Below, in pieces: positions 28,286-37,677 of a DNA stretch of 64,000 nt. A program made the translations under genes and the position numbers. Position 1 is the first letter of the stretch. Each line of letters begins with the position of its first letter. Below the pieces are notes generated by a model. It made no database searches and was not told the origin of the DNA. It worked only from the letters and a program-made list of their open reading frames with translations. The DNA comes from an uncultured Verrucomicrobiae bacterium (GTDB taxonomy: Bacteria; Verrucomicrobiota; Verrucomicrobiia; Limisphaerales; Palsa-1400): assembly GCA_963764165.1 (NCBI GenBank), contig CAVXRD010000001.1:1184001-1248000 (forward strand), in the 5' to 3' direction.

Positions 28286-29794
28286 TCAAGTAGCTTGCAG
28301 ACCGCCAAGAGTAAAGTGAAATGTGGCGCCTTTGTCGAGTTCGGCATCCACCCAGATGCGGCCGCCTTCCAGGTCGACGATGCGTTTGACCGTCGCCAGT
28401 CCGACGCCCGTGCCTTCAAATTCATCCTCCCGATGCAGGCGCTGGAAAACGCCGAACAATTTGTCGGAATACTTCATGTTGAACCCGACCCCGTTGTCGC
28501 GCACAAAAATCGCCTGCACGCCATCCTTCGGCTCGATGCCGACTTCAATGATCGCCGGCGCGCGCGGTCGCGAATACTTGACAGCATTGGAGATCAGGTT
28601 CACGAAAATCTGCTTGATCAATCCGGGATCGCCTGTGGCCGAGGGCAGCGGGGAAATGCGCCATTCAATCTGCCGATCCGCGGTCTCCGCGCGCAGTTCG
28701 TTGCGGACTTCTTCAACCATTGTGTTGAGATCGACAGTTTCCTTCTTGACGCTGGTGCGGCCAACTTTGGAGAGGTTGAGGAGATCGTCCACCAAACGGC
28801 CCATGTTTTGCGCGCCTTTGCGGATGCGGCTCAGATAACCCTTCACGGCTGCCTCGTTCGCCTTGCCCAGCTCACTGTCGAGGATTTGGGCAAACGCATC
28901 GATATGCCGGAGGGGCGCCCGCAAATCGTGCGAGACGGAATACGTGAACGCCTCCAGCTCGCGATTGGCGCTGGCCAGTTCGCTGGTGCGCACGGAGACC
29001 CGTGTTTCAAGTTCGGCATTCAGCGCCCGCACTTCCTTGGTGGCGGCCTCCGCGGCTTGAAGGGCGGAGCGAAGCTGCGCTTCGGTTTCGCGAAGGGCGG
29101 TTTCGTTGTCTTGAATCTCCACCAGCATTTCGTTAAAGGCTTCGGTAAGCTGGCCGATTTCATCAGTGCCGGATTTTGGGACACGCGTGCTGAAATCCTT
29201 GCTGGCGGCCACGGATTTGGCGGCGGCGGCCAGGTTCAAAATGGGCCCGGATATAATGCCCTGCAGCCAATTTGAAATGACCAGCGCCAGGCCAATGGAA
29301 CTTATAAGAAGCGCCACCACCAGAACGGCATACCAGGAGAATCGTTGATAAGGCAGCGACAGATCCCACTTGAAGTAAACAATCCCAATCTGTTTGTTGC
29401 CTCGCAGAATCGGCACGAAGATATTGGCCGCGCGTCCAACAATTTTAAAGTCGTGGTCCGCCGGATGGGCCGGGAAGGCGCTGTAGGGCGCGTTGGTCGG
29501 ATAACGGACCAGCAATCCATTCGTCACGTAAATGGCAGACAGGAGGATTTGCTTTTTCGCGCTGAAATTGGCCAGGATTTCCTGCGCCGCTTTTTGGTTT
29601 CCCGCCGCCACCGCCGCTTCGCTTTCATCGGCGGCAATGACAGCGATCGATTCGGAATTTGAGCGCAGATTATGCCGCAGATTGAATATCTCGTAGGTAA
29701 TGAAGCCCGCCGCCGTCACCAAAAGCACGGCGATGCTCGTCATCATCATGACGGTGGTTAGTTTCCGTTTGATCGGCAGGTCTTGGAGCGGCAT
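28286..29794 (-). CDS. Membrane sensor histidine kinase (periplasmic sensor, HAMP, HisKA, HATPase)
   Basis: Two TM segments, [13 protein letters not shown] (HAMP), [33 protein letters not shown]. Confidence 0.93.
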   Translation of the reverse strand: MPLQDLPIKRKLTTVMMMTSIAVLLVTAAGFITYEIFNLRHNLRSNSESIAVIAADESEAAVAAGNQKAAQEILANFSAKKQILLSAIYVTNGLLVRYPTNAPYSAFPAHPADHDFKIVGRAANIFVPILRGNKQIGIVYFKWDLSLPYQRFSWYAVLVVALLISSIGLALVISNWLQGIISGPILNLAAAAKSVAASKDFSTRVPKSGTDEIGQLTEAFNEMLVEIQDNETALRETEAQLRSALQAAEAATKEVRALNAELETRVSVRTSELASANRELEAFTYSVSHDLRAPLRHIDAFAQILDSELGKANEAAVKGYLSRIRKGAQNMGRLVDDLLNLSKVGRTSVKKETVDLNTMVEEVRNELRAETADRQIEWRISPLPSATGDPGLIKQIFVNLISNAVKYSRPRAPAIIEVGIEPKDGVQAIFVRDNGVGFNMKYSDKLFGVFQRLHREDEFEGTGVGLATVKRIVDLEGGRIWVDAELDKGATFHFTLGGLQAT

Positions 29795-29892
29795 ATGTTT
29801 GGGTGCAAAAGCCGGGGGATTAAACTACACAGCGCAAAACGAGGCAAGAATTTCGTGGCCCGCAATCCGTCAAAGGCCCGGCCCAAGCGCCC

Positions 29893-29966
29893 GCCCCATA
29901 ACTCCCATGAGTCCCATTATTCCCATCTTCCAAGCCACGAATGGGACTTATGGGAAGAATGGGACA
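29893..29966. repeat. Inverted array of degenerate 9-nt tandem repeats
   Basis: cccccataa ctcccatga gtcccatta ttcccatct ... atgggactt atgggaaga atggga; related arrays at 26006-26075 and 44920-44962. Confidence 0.7.
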
Positions 29967-30135
29967 GCTCAGGAGCCGCGAGAATTAGGCGCACTCCGTT
30001 ACTTGGCGCATAATTTGCTGACATCTTTGCAGTGGAAAAAATCATGACCGCTCTTACCAACCTATCGCGCGGCAAAAATGCCGCCGCGAACTTCCCTGCG
30101 AACACCCCCCCAATTCACTTTTACCAACGCCCGGC

Positions 30136-31896
30136 ATGATAACTCTCGCAAATTCCATGTTTGGCTTTCTAAAGAAATTCTTTCCGCAATCCGGTGGCTC
30201 CGCCACGTTGCCAGCGCCCATGGCCCTGGCAGAACAGAGCGCGCCCATTCCGATGCCGGCGCCTCCAGTTCCGCCCCCTCAAGCGAGACGCGAAAGCGCG
30301 CCGCTGACCCATGCTCCTCCGCCCGCCTTTTTATCGGCGCCGCCCGGCCCGACGGTGCCGCTGCCGCTGCACGAGATCATCGCCCGCCTGCCAAACAACT
30401 TGGCCGGACAGGTCTTAGCACGACCACAGGGGGTTTTCGCGCTGCCTTCCGATTTTGTCCTGGAACAACTACGAACAGGCGCAGTGCGGATTCCGTTTGC
30501 CCAATTGCGGCAAGGATCCCCTGCGGGAACATTCGCCAGCACCAGTGCGCTTGACGATGAAATGGTGGAAATTCCTCTCTCACTGGTGCTTCCGGCCGTT
30601 GGCCCGCACGCACTGGCCCGGCGCGGAGACCAGCGGCAGCTTGAGGTGCCTGACGATGTCACCGGCATTTTCGACACGAAGACGGCCCAAGTCGTCAAAA
30701 GAACGGAATCCCCCGCGGCTATCGCGCCAGCCATTCCTGCCGCGCCCACCGCGCCCACTGCGCCAGCCGGGAATGTCCAAATTTCACCGCCGTTTGTCTC
30801 GAAATCGGTCACAAGCGAGACAGCCGCGCCAGCGCCAATCAATCCAATCAAATTAACAACGTCTTTTGGAACCTCGCTGAACGGCGCGCCGAAACTGGCA
30901 TCCGCACCTCTGGTTTCCGCGCCCGCGTTGCCATCTGCATCCGTCAGGACGTCATCGCCCCTGCCCTTTGCGACGAAACGCCCCGTTGTCCAGCCCGACG
31001 CCGCGCCCGCGAGTGCGCCCATTCCGCTGCCCCTTAAGGCAGTGCCCGCCGCGACCGAAGATGACTTCATCACGACCACGGTGGAGGCCGTTTCAGCGGG
31101 CTGGCCGGAAGCGATTCGCCAGCAAATTGAGCAATTTGATTTGCGGCACGCGCCACTTTCCATCCCGCTCGACCGGGTTGAGCCAGGGCTAAAGTCCGGC
31201 CGCATCACGTTCGTGTGGTCGGAGGTCAGTGGATGGATAAAAGCGCCACGACCGGCGATGGGGAATGGTGAGACACCAGTGGAATTGCCGCTGCGAGTCG
31301 TGGCGCCCCTCTATTTGAAAAAACGCCCGCCCGGCCCGGCGCGCCGCACTGTGCCGACCGTGGAGCATGTGCCAGACGTTTTTGCCGCGGCGCATCGAAT
31401 GATGCCTGAGCCCCAGCCCGCTTTCGCCGCCGTGGCGCCGCCGCCCGCCGCGGCTTTGCCGACACCAAGGATCGTTCCCGACGAGGAATCGACATCCAAC
31501 ATTCTCGGTGAGATATTTAACGAGATGTCGAAGACACAATGGACGCCGCAGGAGATCGTCGAGCGCACTTGCACGCTGCATGGAATCGCAGGCGCGCTGC
31601 TGGCGGCGCGGGATGGATTGCTGGTGGCGGGGAAACTGCCCGCGCCGATGAGGCCGGAAACAATGGCGGCGTTTATTCCTCAGATGTTTGCCCGGGTCGG
31701 CGGATCGACCGAAGCCGCTCAATTGGGTGCTTTACGCGCCCTCAAAATTACAGCAGGCTCGGCTCCGTGCTCGATATTCAAAGCAGGCGCGCTTTATCTG
31801 GCTGTGCTTGGGCGCACGGGACAGCAGATTCCTGAAACCGCGCTTGAACGAATCGCCGAAGCCGCCAGCGAAATGCAAAACATTCTTCAAAACTAG
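30136..31896 (+). CDS. Pro-rich protein with a duplicated unknown domain and a C-terminal roadblock/LC7 domain
   Basis: C-terminal LHGIAGALLAARDGLLVAG...MAAF roadblock pattern; in an operon with mglA and mglB. Confidence 0.8.
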   Translation: MITLANSMFGFLKKFFPQSGGSATLPAPMALAEQSAPIPMPAPPVPPPQARRESAPLTHAPPPAFLSAPPGPTVPLPLHEIIARLPNNLAGQVLARPQGVFALPSDFVLEQLRTGAVRIPFAQLRQGSPAGTFASTSALDDEMVEIPLSLVLPAVGPHALARRGDQRQLEVPDDVTGIFDTKTAQVVKRTESPAAIAPAIPAAPTAPTAPAGNVQISPPFVSKSVTSETAAPAPINPIKLTTSFGTSLNGAPKLASAPLVSAPALPSASVRTSSPLPFATKRPVVQPDAAPASAPIPLPLKAVPAATEDDFITTTVEAVSAGWPEAIRQQIEQFDLRHAPLSIPLDRVEPGLKSGRITFVWSEVSGWIKAPRPAMGNGETPVELPLRVVAPLYLKKRPPGPARRTVPTVEHVPDVFAAAHRMMPEPQPAFAAVAPPPAAALPTPRIVPDEESTSNILGEIFNEMSKTQWTPQEIVERTCTLHGIAGALLAARDGLLVAGKLPAPMRPETMAAFIPQMFARVGGSTEAAQLGALRALKITAGSAPCSIFKAGALYLAVLGRTGQQIPETALERIAEAASEMQNILQN

Positions 31897-31906
31897 GCAA
31901 TTCCTT

Positions 31907-32518
31907 ATGGCCATCATCAACCAAGCAACAAGGGAGCTTCAGGTCAAAATAGTATATTACGGCCCCGGCAAGGGCGGCAAAACCACCAATCTGGAGCAAG
32001 TCCACGGCAACGTCCAAAACATCCAGGAAAAAGGAAAACTAGTTTCTCTCGCGACCAGCTCAGACCGCACGCTGTTCTTCGATTTCCTGCCAATGGAGGC
32101 CATGGCCATCAAGGGTTACAAAACGAAATTTCAACTTTACACCGTTCCGGGACAGGTCATTTATAACACGACCCGCCAATTGGTCTTGCGCGGTGTCGAT
32201 GGCATCGTTTTTGTGGCGGATTCGCAATACGAAAAAATGACCGAGAACGTCGAGAGTTTTCAAAATCTTGAGGACAACCTCAAGTCGCTGAAGCTCAACT
32301 TCGCCGATATTCCGTACGTGCTGCAATACAACAAGCGCGACCTGCCCAATGCCGCGCCGACCGACTACATGGATTTCCTCCTCAACAACCGCGAGGTGCA
32401 GGTGCCATCCTTTCCAGCCGTCGCGTCGAAATGCGACGGAGTGTTCGAGTCGTTGAACATGATCACGCGCCTGCTGCTGAACAAATACATCAACGAAGGG
32501 GCGCGCAAGACGGCCTGA
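31907..32518 (+). CDS. mglA: MglA-family small GTPase
   Basis: KIVYYGPGKGGKTTNL, RTLFFDFLP, LYTVPGQV, DGIVFVADSQ, QYNKRDL. Confidence 0.95.
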   Translation: MAIINQATRELQVKIVYYGPGKGGKTTNLEQVHGNVQNIQEKGKLVSLATSSDRTLFFDFLPMEAMAIKGYKTKFQLYTVPGQVIYNTTRQLVLRGVDGIVFVADSQYEKMTENVESFQNLEDNLKSLKLNFADIPYVLQYNKRDLPNAAPTDYMDFLLNNREVQVPSFPAVASKCDGVFESLNMITRLLLNKYINEGARKTA

Positions 32519-32528
32519 TCGCTGCGCT

Positions 32529-33008
32529 ATGCCGGGCATCCCTCCGCTCATCGAGGAAGATTTGCTTTTGCTGGATTCCGCGCTCGCGGAATTGCTGCAA
32601 AAAAGCGAGTCGGCGGTCGCCATGGTGGTTGACCAGGGCGGACCAATCATTCATCAGCGCGGCGACACAGATAAATTCGACACCGTCACGATTGCCGCTC
32701 TGGCCGCCGGTTCCATCGCCGCGACCCAAGCCATCGCCGAGCGACTTGGCGAAACAAATTTCCGGAGCGTTTACCAGCAAGGCGAGCGCTTCAGCATGCT
32801 CTTCTCCGTGATCGATCAAAACGCCGTGCTGGCCATCATCTTCAAGGCGGAACTAAGCGCGGGCGCTGTCAAGTATTTCGCGGCGCAGACCGGCGCGCGC
32901 ATCGCGGAACAATTCCGCCGCGCCCAGGAACGGGCGCCAGGCCAGGGACTGGATCTGGTTTCGGAAAACGTGTTGGATGTTTCCGCCGTTTTTCGAAAGC
33001 AGGGATAA
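32529..33008 (+). CDS. mglB: MglB-family roadblock/LC7 protein (putative GAP)
   Basis: MVVDQGG...IAALAAGSIAATQAIAERLGETNFRSVYQQGE; adjacent to mglA. Confidence 0.88.
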   Translation: MPGIPPLIEEDLLLLDSALAELLQKSESAVAMVVDQGGPIIHQRGDTDKFDTVTIAALAAGSIAATQAIAERLGETNFRSVYQQGERFSMLFSVIDQNAVLAIIFKAELSAGAVKYFAAQTGARIAEQFRRAQERAPGQGLDLVSENVLDVSAVFRKQG

Positions 33009-33229
33009 TAGAATTTAAACAGGAGAAAGACAGAGGACGCGGAGCTGAAAAAAATCATCGTTGAGCAAAAACGGCATTTTTCTCTGTTCTCTCGGTTTCC
33101 TCCTGTTTGACTTTAGGCCGCGCGGCCCCGTAGCGCCGCCGGCGCGGCATCGTTGTAGAAACCGGCTGAAAACACACCCAAGCTCCGGCAGCGGCATCGT
33201 CCGCGAATTGCAAATCGGGAGACGCGAAA

Positions 33230-33274
33230 CGCGCGGTTTTATCATGCGAACCCGCAATGAGGCCAGGTTTGGAA
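33230..33274 (+). repeat. 45-bp direct repeat of the 3' end of the SBBP gene (37624-37668)
   Basis: cgcgcggttttatcatRcgaacccgcaatgaggccagRYttggaa; 42/45 identical. Confidence 0.85.
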
Positions 33275-33287
33275 CATGTCCGCTCAG

Positions 33288-33340
33288 GGCAGACGCATCT
33301 AAATTCCGTGGTGGATTACAAGAATTAAGATGCGTCTGCC
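33288..33340. repeat. REP family C inverted pair (ggcagacgcatctaaattc / gaattaagatgcgtctgcc)
   Basis: Near-perfect 19-bp inverted repeat; the same arm is the target of the MITE at 35737. Confidence 0.75.
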
Positions 33341-33394
33341 TGGCCTAGCGGGAGATCATGCCGGGCTGACATTTGATCTTGCGCGGACGCCCGG

Positions 33395-34783
33395 TCAGGG
33401 CGTCAGCGTGGCCCGATAAAAGCGGGCGGGAAAATTGGGACTTAGCGTGTCGGTAAACATGAGCGTCCCGCCGCCCAGCGAATTGGTGAGCAGCGCCGTC
33501 CAGTTTTGCAGATCCGGGCTGGCGAAGATAACCGCATTGGAACCGATTGGACCTGTCAGAGTCGAAACGAACTGATGGCTTGAGAAAATCGAGTTGGTAA
33601 AAACCAGGTTTATGGGAGGACGAGTTGCCGACCAGCCTTTTCGAATCGTGTCGTTGTAAACGTCCCCCACGTAGAGGTTGCCCTGGCTATCCACCGCCAC
33701 GCCTTCCGGGCTGTCGAACCGCGCTGCGCTGCCGGTTCCGTCCGCGCTGCCGAAGCCGCCGTTTCCCGCCAGGCCTGCCAGCGTGGTCACGACCCCGTTT
33801 GAACTCACGCGCCGGATGGTATTGTTGTAAAAATCTCCCACGTAAACATAGCCCTTGCTGTCCACCGCCACGCCAATTGGATTCTCGAATTCCGCCGCCG
33901 TGCCGGTTCCATCTATGCTGCCGCTGTAGCCCGCCTTGCCCGCCAGGGTGCTTACCGTGCCACCGGGCGTCACTTTCCGAATCATGTCATTGTATGCGTC
34001 CGCCACATAGAGGTTGCCGGCGCTGTCGATCGCAATGCCAAAGGGATAACTAAATCGCGCCACGTTGCTGGCCCCGTTCGCGCTGCCGCTGTAGCCCGCC
34101 TTCCCCGCAAATGTGGTGACGACGCCGGCGGACGTCACTTTTCGGATGGTATCGTTGAGGGTGTCCGCCACATAAACATTGCCTGCGCGGTCCACCGCCA
34201 CGCCAAATGGATTGTAAAACTGCGCCGCGCTGCCCGTCCCGTCACTGCTGCCTTGGCTGCCCCCAGCCAACGTGGTTACCACCCCGGCTGGAGACACCAC
34301 CCGAATGGCGCAGTTGCCTTGATCCGCCACATAGACGTTCCCTGCGCTGTCCACCGCCACTCCGGATGGACTGAAGAACTGCGCGCCGCTATTGGTGCCA
34401 TCCGCGCTGCCTTCGATCCCGGGCTGGCCCGCGAGCGTTGTTACCACCCCATCTGGAGTGATTTTCCGAATTGTGTTGTTGAACCTGTCCGACACGTAAA
34501 CGTTGGCCGAGCTGTCCACCGCCACGCCAGACGGATAGTAGAATTGCGCCGCGCTGCCTGTCCCGTCATTGGTGCCCTGGCCATCCGTGGCATCCCCTGC
34601 GAAAGTGGTGAAGATGTAGGGTGTGTAGGTGCTCTGGGCGCGGGCGCAGCACGCCGCCATCAGCAGCAGGCAAGCCCAAGCTCGCACGACCGCGGCCAGC
34701 CGCAAGGAGCGTTTCGAGTTCCGAGCAAAGGAAATTGCTTGTTGTTGGATCGCTTGAGCAACGGGGTATTTGGGCGCGTTCAC
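33395..34783 (-). CDS. Secreted NHL-repeat (beta-propeller) protein
   Basis: Six repeats of GSADGTGSAAxFxxPxGVAVDSxGNVYVADxxNxTIRK; C-terminal PARFYRA domain. Confidence 0.9.
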   Translation of the reverse strand: MNAPKYPVAQAIQQQAISFARNSKRSLRLAAVVRAWACLLLMAACCARAQSTYTPYIFTTFAGDATDGQGTNDGTGSAAQFYYPSGVAVDSSANVYVSDRFNNTIRKITPDGVVTTLAGQPGIEGSADGTNSGAQFFSPSGVAVDSAGNVYVADQGNCAIRVVSPAGVVTTLAGGSQGSSDGTGSAAQFYNPFGVAVDRAGNVYVADTLNDTIRKVTSAGVVTTFAGKAGYSGSANGASNVARFSYPFGIAIDSAGNLYVADAYNDMIRKVTPGGTVSTLAGKAGYSGSIDGTGTAAEFENPIGVAVDSKGYVYVGDFYNNTIRRVSSNGVVTTLAGLAGNGGFGSADGTGSAARFDSPEGVAVDSQGNLYVGDVYNDTIRKGWSATRPPINLVFTNSIFSSHQFVSTLTGPIGSNAVIFASPDLQNWTALLTNSLGGGTLMFTDTLSPNFPARFYRATLTP

Positions 34784-34943
34784 AGTTCCTGTTTTCTTGG
34801 TTTAATGGTTCGACCGCCGACAGTCCTGCTGGCATCTGTCCGTGAGTTATGGTTTTTGCTGATCGGATGCCGGTTTGACCAAAACCTTTCTGCACTAGGT
34901 GCACAAGGGAACGCAAGGAGAATTGAGCAAATATCCAAACCTC

Positions 34944-35126
34944 GGGTGTGATTGAAAATGGGTGATGGACGCAGGCCGAAAGGCGGAGCGCGGCTGTGTC
35001 GAAGACCAGCCGCAGCAACGTGGAATTAGCCGGCGCGCCCGGCACTGCGACGCGCTGCGGCTGGTCTTCGACACAGCCGCGCTCCGCTCAAAGCGAAATC
35101 ACGCCTCACCCGCTTTCAATCACCCC
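34944..35126. mobile_element. MITE (GGGTGTGATTGAAA TIRs) carrying a REPIN-B doublet, copy 1
   Basis: Ends gggtgtgattgaaa / tttcaatcacccc; flanking direct repeat tccaaacctc (34934-34943, 35127-35136). Confidence 0.75.
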
Positions 35127-35736
35127 TCCAAACCTCGGTTCCCATCGCAGCGAGCTGCCGTCTTGGTTGTAGTCAGGCGCAAATCACTCACCAAATTGCG
35201 ACAAGATGAATCTTTCAATGGTCGCATCCACAAAGAAACCCGCGTCCCCGCATGACCGATTGTGGGCTCACGTATCAGACATTCCAGTTCTCGTGTTTTC
35301 ATGTCCTCCTTGTGTTGGGTATCCTTGAACAAGGCAAGAACAAAAGACTGATCAAAATTACTCCCGGTGCAGGACAAAATTCTTCTGCCGCTGTGGTGGC
35401 GGAGGCGTCTCGCCTCTGCCACCAAATTCAGCGGCGGGACGCCGCTGCCACTCTTTTCGTGAAGAATTTTGTCCTGCGCCCAATTACTCCACACCTTCTT
35501 TGACCAAATCGCCTTCGGGGCATCGTTGGCCGAAAAAATCTGCCATTCGGAAAGCGGGAGATTCGGGAAGTACCTGCGAAAGAGGCGACGCAATTTCGGC
35601 GAAGCCGTGGCACTTAATCCAACGTCCACTATGTTTCAAAACGGCTGCGGCTGGTCTTCGACACACGTATCTCCGTTCAAACCACTTCAAAACCAACCGT
35701 TGGCGCGATTGATCGTGGCGGAATTAAGATGCGTCT

Positions 35737-35908
35737 GGGTGCGATTAGAAGTGGGTGATGCGCCCGGAGCGCGGCTGTGTCGAAGACCAGCCGCTGCAAC
35801 GTGGAATTAACCGGCGCGCCCGGCACTGCGACACGCTGCGGCTGGTCTTCGACACAGCCGCGCTCCGCTCAAAGCGGAATCACGCCTCACCCGTTTTCAA
35901 TCACACCC
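35737..35908. mobile_element. MITE carrying a REPIN-B doublet, copy 2, inserted into a REP-C arm
   Basis: Ends gggtgcgattagaa / tttcaatcacaccc; flanks gatgcgtct / gatgcgttt; about 140 bp nearly identical to copy 1. Confidence 0.72.
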
Positions 35909-35935
35909 GATGCGTTTGCCCTGCCTGCTGGTTTC

Positions 35936-35965
35936 TTGACAATCCGCGCATCATGGGGTTAAGAT
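35936..35965 (+). promoter_or_regulatory. Putative sigma70 promoter of the SBBP gene
   Basis: TTGACA-18 nt-TAAGAT. Confidence 0.45.
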
Positions 35966-36046
35966 TCTTGCGGTTAGCTGGCCGCGCAAGTCCCCGCAAA
36001 CTGATTGAATAAAAATCCAGTTTATCGGAATAAAGGATGTGGATAC

Positions 36047-37654
36047 ATGAGAACCAATACGCTTTACGCGGGAGAAAAGCTCCATGCTTTAGAAGCCCAT
36101 GCCATCCCTTTCACGGCGCATTTTCGAGGCACGCTCTCGCTCTTTTGTCGTCATCTGCTGATTTTATCGCTAACAGGCGGCTTGTGCATGGCCGTGTTGT
36201 TTCCGGGAACGGCCGCAGCGCAGATCCAGCTTGCATGGGTTGCCCGCTACACTAATGGCATGGTCACCGGAACCAATCAGCCCATTGGCATGGCCTTGGA
36301 CAACGCCGGCAACATCTGTGTGGCTGGTTATTCCGAGAACACCAATGGAAACCTTGGATATGTGACCATCAAATACGCGCCGAATGGCGTCCAGTTGTGG
36401 GCCGCACGCTTTGATTTGACGAACAGCGCAGAGGCCATTCCGGCCGCCCTTGCGGTGGATGCGAGCAATAACGTCGTGGTCACGGGAAATGCCGGGACAG
36501 TGAAGTATGATCCCAGCGGCAACCAGCTCTGGCTGGCGCCATATCCCGGCTCGGCGGTGGCGACGGATAGCAATGGGGAGGTGTTCGTCACTGGTTCTCC
36601 CGCCGCCTCCAACGTCGTCAAATTGAGTTCGTCCGGAAGCGAGTTGTGGGTCGCGTCGCCCAACCCGCATCCGACCGCCTGGCAGTCTGTTCTTGTGGAC
36701 ACAAAAGGGTACGCGTATGTCGCCGGAGACGTTGTGGGCTTCAATGGGGGATTTAGGGGATCAAACGACCTGCATATCCTCCAGCTAAATTCGAGCAATG
36801 GCTGGCCGGGAATGGGTGGTTCGTTAAGCCCGGGGGACCTCACAAATCCCGAGGACAATCCGCCGCAGATCGCCGGCGCCGCGCTAGACGGCTCAGGCAA
36901 CATTTACCTTGGGGCCGCCTTCGGCAGCGAGTCTCGGTATGTGTTGGAAAAGAACCAGGAATTGTCATGGCCGCAACCCAGCGGAGACTACTGGTTTACG
37001 ACCATCGCCCTCACCGTCACTACTAAAGGAACCGGCCTTGCCCTGGATAGCGCAACCAACATCCTTGTGACAGGACAGGCCCAGGACGCCTCCTCGAATC
37101 TCTGCTATGGCACGATTAAGATAAGTCCCACGGGTTTGCCCGAATGGACCAATTATTACTCGCAATCCCAGGGAGGAGAAAGCGCGCCAACGGCGCTCGT
37201 GGTGGATGCTGCCAATAGCTGCTACGTCACGGGCTATTCATCTGACAGCAACGGCATCAATGACATGGCAACGGTCAAATACAGCGCGGCTGGCCGCCAA
37301 GCCTGGTCCCAGCGCTACGCCAGTTCCGCCGGAGGGGATTCGGCGGGCGAAGCCATCGCGGCCGACAATCAGGGTAATTTATATGTGACAGGATATGAAA
37401 CGCTCTCCGGCGGAGGAACCGGGATGGTGACAATCAAGTATTCGCCGTTCACAATAGCACCCCAGCTTGATGGGGCGGTGTTGGAGCAAGTGGAAGGATC
37501 GCCAGGCGAGAACTTTGATTTTTGGGCCAGTTCGGATTTGCAAACGTGGCTGTTCCTGGGAAGCGCCGTTGCTGACACCAACGGCGTGGCGCAGTTCCTC
37601 GACACGGGCGCTTCCAACTTTCCCGCGCGGTTTTATCATACGAACCCGCAATGA
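36047..37654 (+). CDS. Secreted SBBP-type beta-propeller repeat protein (start uncertain)
   Basis: Repeats of ALxVDxxxNxYVTG...TIKYxxxGxxxW; signal-like stretch ending TAAA/Q; C-terminal PARFYH domain. Confidence 0.83.
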   Translation: MRTNTLYAGEKLHALEAHAIPFTAHFRGTLSLFCRHLLILSLTGGLCMAVLFPGTAAAQIQLAWVARYTNGMVTGTNQPIGMALDNAGNICVAGYSENTNGNLGYVTIKYAPNGVQLWAARFDLTNSAEAIPAALAVDASNNVVVTGNAGTVKYDPSGNQLWLAPYPGSAVATDSNGEVFVTGSPAASNVVKLSSSGSELWVASPNPHPTAWQSVLVDTKGYAYVAGDVVGFNGGFRGSNDLHILQLNSSNGWPGMGGSLSPGDLTNPEDNPPQIAGAALDGSGNIYLGAAFGSESRYVLEKNQELSWPQPSGDYWFTTIALTVTTKGTGLALDSATNILVTGQAQDASSNLCYGTIKISPTGLPEWTNYYSQSQGGESAPTALVVDAANSCYVTGYSSDSNGINDMATVKYSAAGRQAWSQRYASSAGGDSAGEAIAADNQGNLYVTGYETLSGGGTGMVTIKYSPFTIAPQLDGAVLEQVEGSPGENFDFWASSDLQTWLFLGSAVADTNGVAQFLDTGASNFPARFYHTNPQ

Positions 37655-37677
37655 GGCCAGACTTGGAAAAGTCTCCA

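Noticed and set aside
27965..29275. 436-aa + strand ORF (and similar long antisense ORFs at 30279, 42263 and 56954)
   Set aside because: These are shadows of the histidine kinase, roadblock protein, mcsB and transposase genes.
34944..35908. CRISPR array
   Set aside because: The repeats are inverted hairpin doublets with conserved interiors, not direct repeats with unique spacers, and there are no cas genes.
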